From Candidatus Multivorans sp. (GTDB lineage: Bacteria > Acidobacteriota > Thermoanaerobaculia > Multivoradales > Multivoraceae), in NCBI GenBank assembly GCA_965224025.1, contig OZ245033.1, forward strand, positions 1,792,001-1,856,000: DNA of 64,000 bases, read 5' to 3'. Below, piece after piece: positions 51,795-61,745 of this stretch (position 1 is its first letter; each line of letters opens with the position of its first letter). The position numbers and the translations under genes are program-made. A model generated the notes under the pieces. That model was not told where the DNA came from. It searched no databases and saw only the letters and a program-made list of their open reading frames with translations.

Positions 51795-52171
51795 TCCTCG
51801 CGTACATAGACACGTCGATACTCGCCGCCATTGCGTTCGGCGAGTCCGGGAGCAGTGAACTCCGCCAACGGCTGGACGACTTCGAACGGCTCGTTTCATC
51901 CAACCTGCTCCAAGCAGAATTGCGGGCGAGTCTCGCCCGCGAGCGGTTGGACTTTCAGCCGAGTTTCCTGGTCGGCGTACAGTGGGTTCTCCCTCGTCGC
52001 CCCTTGACGGCAGAGATTGAGGCAGTGCTCGCTGCCGGCTATCTGCGGGGTACCGACCTCTGGCATGTGGCCACTGCCATGTCGGTGCGCGGAGAGCCCA
52101 GGGAGATGACGTTTCTGACCAGCGACAAACGACAGCGCGCGGTCGCCCAAACTCTAGGCTTTCGGGTGTGA
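51791..52171 (+). CDS. vapC: PIN-domain (VapC-type) toxin
   Basis: YIDTSIL…E…LRGTDLWHVATA…LTSDKRQ; GTGA overlap with the antitoxin stop. Confidence 0.88.
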   Translation: MILAYIDTSILAAIAFGESGSSELRQRLDDFERLVSSNLLQAELRASLARERLDFQPSFLVGVQWVLPRRPLTAEIEAVLAAGYLRGTDLWHVATAMSVRGEPREMTFLTSDKRQRAVAQTLGFRV

Positions 52172-52212
52172 AAGGACGGGCGGCACCCGCCCTTGCTACC
52201 CTTCGCGCTCCC

Positions 52213-53202
52213 ATGAACGACCAAATCGCCGAGAAGATCCTGGACGGGCTCTACCGGGTCGTCGTGCCGTTGCCGCGGAACCCGCTCAAGGAAGTGAACT
52301 GCTACGTCCTGGCCGAGGACGACCGGTGGCTCGTCATCGACACGGGCATGAACCGGCCCGAGTGCCGGGAAGTCCTCACCGCCGGGCTCGACGAGATCGG
52401 CGTGGACCTCGAGAAGACCGACTTCCTGGCCACTCACCTGCACGCGGATCACCACGGCCTGATCCCGGAACTTCTGCGGCCAGGGCGCACCGCATCGATG
52501 GGGGCCATCGACGCCGCCTCGATGGGCCGGGCCCACGGCGGCTGGTCCGAGAACAGCCCGATGGGCGTGTACCTCAGACGCAGCGGTTTCCCGCCCGAGG
52601 AGTTGGCCGAGTCCTTCCGGCGCCACCCCGGCGCGCGCTTCAGCGGGCAGATGATCGAGTACGCGCCGCTCCATGAAGGCGACGCGATCGAGATCGCCGG
52701 CTACCGCCTTGAGGTCATCGACACGCCGGGCCACACCTTCGGCCACATCTCGCTCTACGACAGGGCGAAGCGCCTCTTCATCGCCGGCGACCACATCCTG
52801 GGCGACATCACGCCCAACATCCAGGCCTGGGCCGACGACCACGACCCCCTGGGGCTCTACCTGGCCAGCATCGCCAAGGTCGACGTCCTCGACGTCGACC
52901 TGTGCCTACCGGGCCACCGAAGCCTGATCCACGACTTCCAGGGCCGTTGCCGCGAACTGCGGGAGCACCACGAGGTCCGCGGCCAGGAGGTCCTCGACAT
53001 CCTGCGCGCGAACGGCGGCCGCAACGCCTACCAGACGGCCAGCGAAATGACCTGGGACATCCGCGCCAGGTCCTGGGACGACTTCCCGATCATGCAGCGC
53101 TGGTTCGCCACAGGCGAAGCGATCGCGCACCTGCGGTGGCTGGAGGATCTGGGAGAGCTGAGGCGGGAAGACGACGGCGAGCGGATTCTGTACGGCGCTT
53201 GA
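52213..53202 (+). CDS. MBL-fold metallo-hydrolase
   Basis: THLHADHHG, TPGHT, AGDHIL, PGH. Confidence 0.92.
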   Translation: MNDQIAEKILDGLYRVVVPLPRNPLKEVNCYVLAEDDRWLVIDTGMNRPECREVLTAGLDEIGVDLEKTDFLATHLHADHHGLIPELLRPGRTASMGAIDAASMGRAHGGWSENSPMGVYLRRSGFPPEELAESFRRHPGARFSGQMIEYAPLHEGDAIEIAGYRLEVIDTPGHTFGHISLYDRAKRLFIAGDHILGDITPNIQAWADDHDPLGLYLASIAKVDVLDVDLCLPGHRSLIHDFQGRCRELREHHEVRGQEVLDILRANGGRNAYQTASEMTWDIRARSWDDFPIMQRWFATGEAIAHLRWLEDLGELRREDDGERILYGA

Positions 53203-54033
53203 GAGGGAGCGTGAGGTACCGGAGACATGACATCGGACCGAATCAGAATGTGGGCCATTGGCGAATCGGCGGACAAGGTGGTGCCCATCGAACCGAAGAA
53301 AGAGACAGAGACCGAGATGCTGCTGGAAGACATCTTGGTCAAGCGTCCCGACATGCTGGCGCGCGACTTGAGCCTCGTCGGCCGACAAACCACCACTGAC
53401 GCCGGGTATCCCGATCTTCTCGGTATCGACGGTAGCGGCCGTCTTGTCGTCTTCGAGTTGAAGCGCGGCACCTTCACGCGTGAAGCGGTCGCACAGGTGC
53501 TGGACTACGGCTCCTCGCTGGGATGCACTAGGCAATGAGGATCTCGCAAACCTCATCGCCAGCCAATCCGGTGGGGAGGGGATCGAGAACTTCGAGAATC
53601 GCGAGGCTTTCGACGAATGGTACAGCGAACACAAGGCCGATTCGCTGGACAACCTGCGGCCCTTGAGGATGGTCCTGGTGGGCTTGGGCGCCGACGAGAG
53701 AGCAAGCCGCATCGTCAAGTTCCTGCAGTGCGGCCTCGACATCTCGCTCCTGACCTTTCACGGCTTCAGTCACGACGGCGGGACAGTACTAGCGAGGCAG
53801 TTTGAAGCCGGAGAGCCTGCCGAACATCAAAGGCGTCTCGACGACACCCGAGACCCGCGAAACTACGAGAATCTCTCGCGATCCCTCGCCAATCTGGCCA
53901 AGGATCTGGGCCTCGCCGATCTCTGGGCAGAAGCCATCGACGCCTTGAACACTGAGGACGACATGTACCCAAAGAGATCCGGCCTCACGTTTCGCAGCCT
54001 CAGGCCGCTAACGATGCCGGACCTAGTGTCGTG

Positions 54034-54740
54034 TCACTCGTCAAAAGTCGGATAGAGGCGTTTGAGCCTGACACGTGCGTCGTCGGTAGTGAAGTGCCAG
54101 TTGACCTTGGCTCGGATCCGGTCTCTGGCGGCCTCCCAGGCGGCGACTTCGGCGCGCAGTGTGTCGATGGAGTCGATGCGGCGGTTGAGGCACTGGCGGA
54201 TCATCACGCTGAGTTCGACCTCGGCGACGTTGAGCCAACTGCCGTGCTTGGGGGTGTAGACGAACTCGAAGCGGTCCCACAGCGCCTTGGCCCGGGCCGG
54301 GTCGAAGGTTTCGTAGAGCGCGCCGGGACGGTGCGTGTTGAGGTTGTCCATCACGAGCGTGATTCGGGCGGCCTCGGGATGCTGTCCGGCGATGTCTTCC
54401 AGGAAACGCGCCCAGTCGGTCTTGGTCCTGCGCTCGGTGACCTTGGTCAGACGCCGCCCGGCCAGCGGTTCGGTCGCCATGAACACGTTGCAGGTGCCGC
54501 AGCGTCGGTACTCGTAGTCTTCGCGGACCTCCCGTCCAGGGGCCGGCGGGATGGGAGCGCGTGTTTCGGCGATCAACTGCCGCGGCGTTTCGTCCATGCA
54601 TACCACCGGGAAGTGTGCGTCGTACGGACGCCGATAGACGTCGAGCACTCGCTCCATGCCTGCCGCGAAGTCGGCGTTGCATTGCGGCGGAATCACCCAG
54701 CCGACGCGGCGCCACGGTTTGAGAGCGTTCTCTTTAGCAC
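54034..54740 (-). CDS. IS630 transposase OrfB (DDE), reached by frameshift
   Basis: VVCMDE, VMDNLNTH, YTPKHGSWLNVAE. Confidence 0.88.
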
Positions 54741-55169
54741 CCGTCGCACCGTTTCGTGCGAGACGCTGTCGATATAGCCGAGCTCCACCGCACGGTCCGC
54801 CAACAGACGCAGCGACCACTGCGAACGTCCTTCGGGCGGGTCGCCGCAACTGAGCGCGACCAGCCGCGCCTCGAACTCGCCATCCGCCTTGCGCAGATAC
54901 TTGGGACGACGCCCCTGCCGATTCCCGAGCGCTGCCTCGAGACCGTCCTCCACGAACCGCTTCTTCACCCGATCCACCCTGCGCGCACTGATCCGCAAGA
55001 CGCCGGCGATCGTCTCGCCGGTCGTCCGAGGCCCGTCGAGCTTGCCCTCGTCGCAGTTGAGCAGAATCAGGGCGTTGACTACCTTCTGCGACCGATGCGA
55101 ACCCTTGCGCGTGATCGACGCCAACTCCTCGCGCTCCTGCACCTCCAATTCCACCACGTACCGCTTCAT
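54693..55169 (-). CDS. IS630 transposase OrfA (HTH)
   Basis: KRFVEDGLEAAL, PPEGRSQWSLRLLADR, SHETVRRVLK. Confidence 0.85.
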   Translation of the reverse strand: MKRYVVELEVQEREELASITRKGSHRSQKVVNALILLNCDEGKLDGPRTTGETIAGVLRISARRVDRVKKRFVEDGLEAALGNRQGRRPKYLRKADGEFEARLVALSCGDPPEGRSQWSLRLLADRAVELGYIDSVSHETVRRVLKRTLSNRGAASAG

Positions 55170-55689
55170 GCCAGCCTCCTTGCCGTCCTTGAACGGCAAC
55201 GAGCCTACTACAATTCATACGACATAGGACATGTGACATGACACTAGTCGGTTACCGCACGGTGCGCGCGTCCCATTCCGTGGACCTTGACCCAAGCGCC
55301 AGAATCAGGGTCACGTTCTTCCCGACAGCCATCCATCTCTGCCTCGACAACTTCAAGGAGGCCGAGAGTACCATTCCTTTCAAGCGCGAACCCCCACCCA
55401 ACGCACCCATCACGGAACGGGTTCAAGAACAACGGTACTGCTTGTTGGACGCTGATCAGTGGGAAGCGCACGAAGCAGCGCTCTGCCGCCTGGCGAGAGA
55501 CGTGGCCAGCACTTGGGAAAACGAGCTGAACAAGGGAGCCGCTGGCGGCTGACCCTGGTCAATATCCTGTCGGTTGCATGTCGAAGCGTGCGGGACTACT
55601 CTGAGCCGAAAGGCACCACGGTCGCACTAAGATCGAGCAACGGAAGAACCCCTCCTGCATAGGCCGACACCAGAATCAGAGAAGGAGTC

Positions 55690-55938
55690 ATGAACATGGC
55701 GAAGACAGCGCAGAAGCTCTACGACGCGCGTCAAGCTACGCAGCAGTTGAAAGTGACGAGGCGAGGCACGTGGTACTCCATCTACCTCCCAAACGGGGAC
55801 GACGCCTACGTCTCCAATCACGAGGATGGTGCGACTGAAAGGGTGCGGGGCAAAGATGCACTAAAGGAGCGACTGTTGGACCTCGGCTACGAGCCTGAAC
55901 CGCTCTTCGGGTACTACAGCCCCGCCACGCAAGACTAG
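55690..55938 (+). CDS. Hypothetical protein, possibly truncated by the adjacent IS end
   Basis: AAGGAG RBS, 82 aa; its TAG lies in the CTAG of the putative IS terminus. Confidence 0.5.
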   Translation: MNMAKTAQKLYDARQATQQLKVTRRGTWYSIYLPNGDDAYVSNHEDGATERVRGKDALKERLLDLGYEPEPLFGYYSPATQD

Positions 55939-57256
55939 ACCGAAGTTCTGAGCGTCAGACCGTGAAATCGCCTGTACTGGTGGGCGTTTTCTGTAATCGG
56001 GTTATGTCGGCTACTGGGTACGCCTGGTTTCAGGGTCGGACGCGGAGGAGCCTGAAGGCTTCGTTCTGGAGTGGAGTGGGCCTTGCGAGGACATCGGCGT
56101 TGTGGTCGTCCTTGCCGTGCATGCGCACGCGGTTTCGGGTCAGCGTGGCCAGGTCGGCGAGCAGGGTCTGGAAGCTGTGGACGGTGAGCCCTTGCGGGGT
56201 TTTCCGGGAGTTGGCCTTGGCCAGTGCGGCGGTCGACCTGCGCGCGGGATCGACGGGCGACTCGCGTTGGCCGTCGCGGCGTTGGTCGTCGAAGAGGAGG
56301 GGCGCCAGGGTCCGGCGCATGTGCCACTCGACGTAGTAGGCGAGCATGCAGAGGAAGACATGGGCGCGCACCCTCGAGGCCGGGCGATGGTGGACGGGGC
56401 GCACTTTGAGGTCGACGCTCTTGTAGGAGCGGAAGGCGCGTTCGACGCGGCTGAGGCTCTTGTAGGCGCGGACCGCATCGGCTGCCGGCAGTTCGTCTTC
56501 GGGGACGTTGGTGCGGATGACGTAGAAGCCGTCGAGAGCGGCTTCCTCGGCGATGCGCGCCTCGTTGCGGCGGTATTGGAAGCCGTCCTCTTCGATCTCG
56601 ACCTCGAAGTGCTTGCCGACCTTGTAGGCGCCCCGGGCGCGGTCCGCGCGCACGGCGATGGCGTCCTTGCCGCGCAGGGGGTTCTTCTTGCGCCGCGTCG
56701 CCGCAACGACGGCGTCGAGCTTGCGCTCGGTGGCTTCGAGAAGCTCCTGGCGCTTGCGGCCGCGTTCCTCCGCCAGAAGCGGGTTCCGGCACACCACGAG
56801 GCGCTCCTTCGGGTACAGCTCCGGGACCCTGATCTCGGCCATCTTCCGCTCATCGAAGAGCGACAGTTGCAGGTGGCCTTCCTGGGCCAGCGTCCTGATC
56901 GCCGGCGCGCGCAGGGCGCTGATCCAGGACAGGCCCGCGGGGTCGAAGTCCTCGCGGATGCGCGCGTTGGTGATCAGGCGCCGGTCTCCGACGATCACGA
57001 CCTGGTCGAGCGAGAAGCGGTCGCGGAGCTTCTGCACCTGGGCGCTCAGGGTCTTCGGATCGGCGGTGTTGCCCTCGAATACTTCGACCGCGACCGGGCA
57101 TCCATCCCGGTTGCAGAGCAGGCCGAAGACGATCTGGAGCTTGCCTCGCTCCCTGGAGTAGCCGTGCCTGGCCAGCGGGCACTCTCTGCCCTCGAAGTAG
57201 ACCGAGGTCACGTCGCAGAGCACCAGCGAGCCGTTTTCCAGATGCCGCCGGGCGAG
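55935..57256 (-). mobile_element. IS1634-family element, 5'-truncated transposase (ORF 56030 to ~57256)
   Basis: LVLCDVTSVYFEG, LARHGYSR, FEGNTAD, VGDR, LSRVERAFRSYK, RVRAHVFLCMLAY; N-terminal part absent. Confidence 0.85.
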
Positions 57257-57294
57257 ACCCTATGAAGCGCATGAAGGGTGCCGTGTTCAGGCAC

Positions 57295-57639
57295 GTGCCC
57301 TTGATCGACACCGCAACACACGGGGCCAATACCTGGCTTGCTGACGACGACATCCACGTCCTTCGTCTTCAAGCCTCCCAGCACCGTCAGCTCGCCTCCC
57401 GCCGCGCTTTCCGGGTCGTGAACCAGAACATGGCCGCCACGCGAGCGGCGCACCGAGAACGGCGGTCGCGAAACGACGTCGTCCGGGTGAAAGCCGCCTT
57501 CAACTACGAGCCGGCAAGCGGTGTACCAGTGTAAGGGCCGGATGTGGGCTTGGCTCTGGGACTTCCCAGGCACGGAGACAAACGCGTCGAGAGCCTCGGA
57601 GAGACCGATCCAGCGACAACGGTTCGCCTGTCTAGTCAC
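57295..57639 (-). pseudogene. Type II restriction-endonuclease-like fragment
   Basis: GGLKTKDVDVVV…GP/VAVSIKGT PD-(D/E)xK-like core, frameshifted and cut at the IS; overlaps the MTase stop. Confidence 0.55.
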
Positions 57640-58685
57640 GGTGCCGCCACCGGCGCAGCATGTCGACGCCTTCCAGCAGATCGCGCTCGATGCCAACCGG
57701 CAGATCGCCATCCAGTGACACGACCACTTTCGTCGCTTCCCGAGGCTCGAGCTTCAAGACGCCGCCACCAAGAGGGTGCCCCTCGATCTCGCAACTGAGA
57801 CTGGTCAGAGGGCTACTCCACTTCCGGCGCAAGCGAGATGCAGTAACGCCTCTGTCGTTCAGACGAACGCCGTGGACTGCGTTGGTGCAGGTGCATCGGG
57901 CCTGGTTCTCGACCAGGGCGGGCCCCTCTCCGCTCATGTAGGAGAGGAAGAGATCGGGAACGGACACATGGGGCACGGCGTACCAAGGGGTCCGAACGCG
58001 ACACTTGTACCGCTTCCGGACCTCGACTCCGCGAGGAGAATCCAGGTACCGGCTGACCGCATCGGGAAGCGGCGTCTCGGGGCCGAGCGCGAGCAGGAAG
58101 TTCGGCCGATCGTCCGTTCGCCAGGCTGCAACCGTCTCATCGGTAATCGCTCCGGCCTGGAGTTCCCGGCCGCTACGCACGGTGGAGCGGAACAGATCAC
58201 TCGGGATTTCCAGTTCCTCCGCTTCCGACGGACGGAGGTGAAAGAAGTCGTTGGCGCCGGAAACGTAGCCGATCCCGACATCGGCCACGCGCCCGAGCGC
58301 GGTGGTCAGCTCGGAATCTCTGAGGTCCTCGTAGGCGTCACGAATCCGGCTCGGCAAGAGCATCGGTCGGAGGCGCGAGCCCCAACGCCGCCACTCTCGA
58401 ACAGACACGCGGGTGTCCGCGATCGGCCCAGTCGAAGAAGTCCGCACACTCTACGGTTCCGCGCGGTGCCGCCTCCGTCGCATTGGAGACTGCCGTCGCG
58501 TCGCAATCGACACCGGTGCTGCGGGGGTGCAACGCGAGAAACCGGCCGTCGCCGCAGGACGGGTCGAGCATGTGCTCGTTCGGGTCCCGAACAGCCCACC
58601 GGACCAGCGCAGCGGCGGTCTCAGGTGGTGTGTAGTAGGCCCCTCGGGCCTTCTGGTCGGTTACTTGATGCTCGACCGCCACCAT
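57632..58685 (-). pseudogene. N6-adenine DNA methyltransferase (Eco57I/TaqI-like), internally deleted
   Basis: GAYYTPP, MLDPSCGDGRFL and ADFF join at ~58415 to the C-terminal IGYVSGANDFF…EIEGHPLGGGVLKLEP; the NPP(Y/F) motif is absent. Confidence 0.8.
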
Positions 58686-58793
58686 CGCGGAGACACGCGG
58701 GCAATGGCCCCACGCGCGAGCCGCGAATACATCGTCGCGCGGCGCTCCGGGACGCCAAACCGCCGCCCGCCGAGGTGCGTCAAGTGGTGAGCG

Positions 58794-59359
58794 CTACTCA
58801 GCCTTGCCGAGCGTCCCCTCCACCGTCCACTCCAGCGACATGGACATGGACATGGACATCGAGGAGACACCGGCCGGCTGGCCCTCAACCTGCGGCAGCT
58901 CGATGACCATCTCGGTGTCCATCGTCATGTCCATGCCGTAGGCGACCGCCAGTCCCGTCGCTTCGTCAAGCTCGTACGCACCGCTTATCGAGCCGGACAG
59001 GCTCTCGAACTGCATCTCCATGCCAGGCACGGCGGGTAGGCCCGGAAGCCCGAATCCGGCGTCCTCCGTGCCGGACAGGGTACCCGCGGCTTCGATCGAC
59101 GCCCGGCCGTCGCTTCGTTCCGCCAGCGTGAACGTCGTGTCGAGATCCATGCCCTGCGCCGGCATCTGCATATGCGTCCGGGTCTCGGTCTTCGTCACGC
59201 CCTTGTCTCGGTCTTCGTCACGCCCTTGTATGGGACGCCGAGTTCCGGATCGAGCCAGTAGGTATGTTCCTGGCCGTAGCAGCCGGGCAGGAACAAGAGA
59301 ATCGCAAGCAGCCCCATCGCTGCGGGTGCGATGCGTCGAATCACGTTCAACTCCTTCAT
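58794..59359 (-). pseudogene. Putative exported/lipoprotein, frameshifted by a 23-bp tandem duplication
   Basis: Signal with LPGC; GTCTCGGTCTTCGTCACGCCCTT x2 at 59182-59227 shifts KGVTKTETR into a stop. Confidence 0.6.
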
Positions 59360-59420
59360 GCGTTTGCTTGCAGGTCCAGGGCCTCCGGCCACCTTCCAGC
59401 GGGTCGGACTCAAGCCCCCC

Positions 59421-59681
59421 TCAGTCCAGCGGCGCAATCTTCCCGAGGTCCTCCGAGTTCTGGCCCCGCTTCCATGCCTGCCGTAACTCGCGGCGGCGCA
59501 GTGACGCCCACTCCAACACCAGGCCGAGTGCTCTCGGCGGGAGCCGGCCCTTGAACACCGTCGACTTCTCGATCCCCATCAGCGCAATGGCCCCGCCATA
59601 GCTGGCGTGGAAGTGGGCCGGGGGCGTGTCCCCCTCCTCCATCTCGATGACGATCCCGTAGAACCGGCTGACTTCACGCAT
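59421..59681 (-). CDS. DUF4160 domain protein
   Basis: SRFYGIVIEM…PPAHFHASY…LVLEWA…KIAPLD. Confidence 0.88.
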   Translation of the reverse strand: MREVSRFYGIVIEMEEGDTPPAHFHASYGGAIALMGIEKSTVFKGRLPPRALGLVLEWASLRRRELRQAWKRGQNSEDLGKIAPLD

Positions 59682-59792
59682 TCGCGGGGCGGTTCCTCCG
59701 TCGGAACTATGGACCTGGAATCACCGACCCTACCAGCCGACGCCCGATGGCCTGCATCCGAAACGGGTGTACTGCTCCAGGAGTCGGGGCAC

Positions 59793-60344
59793 TCAGTCGG
59801 TCTGGTCCTCGGCAGGCGGTACTTCGCCGGCCTCCAACCGTAGTCCGGCAGTCGGCGTGACCTTGGTCTGAGCCGGGATGTCGCCCGTGACGACGCAGTT
59901 CACGCCGATGAACGCGTCGTCCCCGATCTCGATCCTGCCGATCAGAAGGCTGCCGGCGCCGACGAAGACGTTGTCGCCCAACTTCGGCATCTGGTCGAGC
60001 CGCTTGCCGGTCGGAGCGCCAATCGTCACCTGGTGGAGCAGGGTTCCGTTCCTGCCGATGCGAACCCCGTTGCCGATGACCAGACCGATACCGTGGCTGA
60101 TGAACAGCCCGGGCCCGATCCGGGCCGCCGGCGCGATGTCGACGCTGGTGAGGAACAACGACAGCCTTGCGAAGGCCGGCCCCAGCACCGGGACGCGGTG
60201 GCTCTTGAACCAGTGGGCAAGACGGTAGAGAACGACCGCCTGGTAGCCGTTCTCGAACAGCAGCGACTCGATCACGTAGAAGGGGAACGGCTTGGTCTTG
60301 ATCTCGCGCAGCCGTCGCGTGTCCTCACGCAGGTTCTTCAGCAC
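59793..60344 (-). CDS. Serine O-acetyltransferase-like hexapeptide-repeat acyltransferase
   Basis: VDIAPAARIGPGLFISHG, VTIG, PKLGDNVFVGAG. Confidence 0.85.
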   Translation of the reverse strand: MLKNLREDTRRLREIKTKPFPFYVIESLLFENGYQAVVLYRLAHWFKSHRVPVLGPAFARLSLFLTSVDIAPAARIGPGLFISHGIGLVIGNGVRIGRNGTLLHQVTIGAPTGKRLDQMPKLGDNVFVGAGSLLIGRIEIGDDAFIGVNCVVTGDIPAQTKVTPTAGLRLEAGEVPPAEDQTD

Positions 60345-60364
60345 GGGGAGTCGGCCTTTCCGCG

Positions 60365-60422
60365 TTGAACGGTGAGGAGACACGAGAGCGTCCACCAGGG
60401 CCGACGTGTCAAGGTGAATCAT
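60365..60422 (-). pseudogene. PIN toxin N-terminal remnant
   Basis: MIHLDTSALVDAL; ATGA overlap with the antitoxin stop; ends after about 19 codons. Confidence 0.65.
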
Positions 60423-60703
60423 CGCCGATCGAACTCGCGGTCCCAGCCGACACGGCGGGATTCGCGGATCTCACGCAACTCAGCGTCGACCGCATTCGCC
60501 GAGCCCGCCAGCTGCTCACGGCGCAATCGGCCGAGCACTTCCAGCATGCTGAGTCGCTCGACTTCGGTCAGCCTGTCGCATCGGGCCGCATAGTCGGCGA
60601 TCGCCTCGCGAACGATCTGGCTTTGAGGTTTGCCGAGCCGCTCCGCCGTTCGCCGAAGGCGCCGGACGGTAGCTTCGTCGAGCGAGTACGTCGCGCGCAC
60701 CAT
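60419..60703 (-). CDS. Ribbon-helix-helix (CopG-like) antitoxin
   Basis: MVRATYSLDEATVRRLRRTAERLGKPQSQIVREAIADY. Confidence 0.82.
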   Translation of the reverse strand: MVRATYSLDEATVRRLRRTAERLGKPQSQIVREAIADYAARCDRLTEVERLSMLEVLGRLRREQLAGSANAVDAELREIRESRRVGWDREFDRR

Positions 60704-60768
60704 AAGGTGGCAATACTGTCATAACGAGCTCGAACCCTCCAGCCGTCGCGTGTCCTCCCGCAGGTTCT

Positions 60769-61704
60769 TCAGCATGCCCGGACACCCTCGTCGATCCGCG
60801 GCGGCGGCGCCATCGGCGCCTTCAAGCCCTCGATCACGCCGCGCAGCTTGGCGATCACGGCACCCTGGTTGCCGCGGACGAGTTCGCGAAAGAAGGCCAG
60901 GAAGAGACCCGCCGAGAGGAATAGCAGGAACGAGCACCACTGCGCCGGACCGCCATAGCGGCGAACGAACAGCGCCGCGCTGCGGCCGTTGAAGAACGTC
61001 CGCGACGCCCGGTAGCCTCCGACCGTACGCGCCACCATGTGGTAGAGGACCGCCCGGTGCGCGTAGAAGCAGCGGTAGCCGCGCGCCTTCATCCGCATGC
61101 ACCAGTCCGCGTCGTCGAGCGCGAGGTGGAACAGCGGATCCCAGAGACCGATCTCCTCGACGACGCTCCGGCGCACCAGCATCGCGCAGCCGTTCACGTA
61201 GGGCACTTCCTCGTCGCGGTCGTACTGCCCGCGGTCGACCTCGCCCTCGCCCCGCTCCCGGGTCATCGACTCCCGGAAGCGGATGCGGCCGCCAGTGGAC
61301 CAGAGACGGTCACGCTCCCCGTGGTAGAAGATCTTCGGCCCCACGCAGCCGATGGCAGGATCCGCTCCGGCGACGGCGACGAGTTCGTCGAGGAAGTCCG
61401 GCTCGACCTCGATGTCGTTGTTCAGCAGGAGCAGGTAGTCGACGCCGCGGCTGACCGCGAGTTCGATCCCCTGGTTCATGCCGTGGACGACGCCCCGGTT
61501 CTCCTCGACCCGGATCTGGGTGACGCCCGGATGCGCGGCGGCGACCGCCTCGGACGAGCCGTCGCTGGAGCCGTTGTCGATGTGGATCAACTCGCAGGCG
61601 GGATAAGTCATCGCCTCCAGGCTGGCCAACGCCTGCAGCGTGATGTCCCGCCCGTTGTAGTTCAGAACGATGGCGGCGACCCTCGGTACACGTCCGGAAC
61701 CCAC
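60769..61704 (-). CDS. Glycosyltransferase family 2
   Basis: IVLNYNG, IDNGSSDGS, LLLNNDI, VNGCAML, DDADWC. Confidence 0.92.
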   Translation of the reverse strand: MGSGRVPRVAAIVLNYNGRDITLQALASLEAMTYPACELIHIDNGSSDGSSEAVAAAHPGVTQIRVEENRGVVHGMNQGIELAVSRGVDYLLLLNNDIEVEPDFLDELVAVAGADPAIGCVGPKIFYHGERDRLWSTGGRIRFRESMTRERGEGEVDRGQYDRDEEVPYVNGCAMLVRRSVVEEIGLWDPLFHLALDDADWCMRMKARGYRCFYAHRAVLYHMVARTVGGYRASRTFFNGRSAALFVRRYGGPAQWCSFLLFLSAGLFLAFFRELVRGNQGAVIAKLRGVIEGLKAPMAPPPRIDEGVRAC

Positions 61705-61745
61705 GAATGGAGCGTAACGCAGCGGTCGCCGGTAGCATCCGCGTC

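Larger units (their letters stand above)
54026..55244 (-). mobile_element. IS630-family insertion sequence (1219 bp)
   Basis: Terminal IRs GTGTCGTGTCAC / GTGACATGACAC, TA duplication within CTAG, two-ORF transposase. Confidence 0.93.
53227..55552 (+). pseudogene. NucS-like PD-(D/E)xK endonuclease, frameshifted (~53520) and interrupted by IS630
   Basis: YPDLLGIDGSGRLVVFELKRG…AVAQVLDYG; removing the IS restores …TMPDLVGYRTVRASH… in frame. Confidence 0.8.

Noticed and set aside
58837-58860. GACATG x4 microsatellite
   Set aside because: It encodes an SMSMSMSM beta-strand in frame and is too short to imply a separate function.
59793-60422. PIN-acetyltransferase fusion protein (209 aa)
   Set aside because: Only about 19 PIN codons remain, and the duplicated gene start marks GTG 60344 as the acetyltransferase start.
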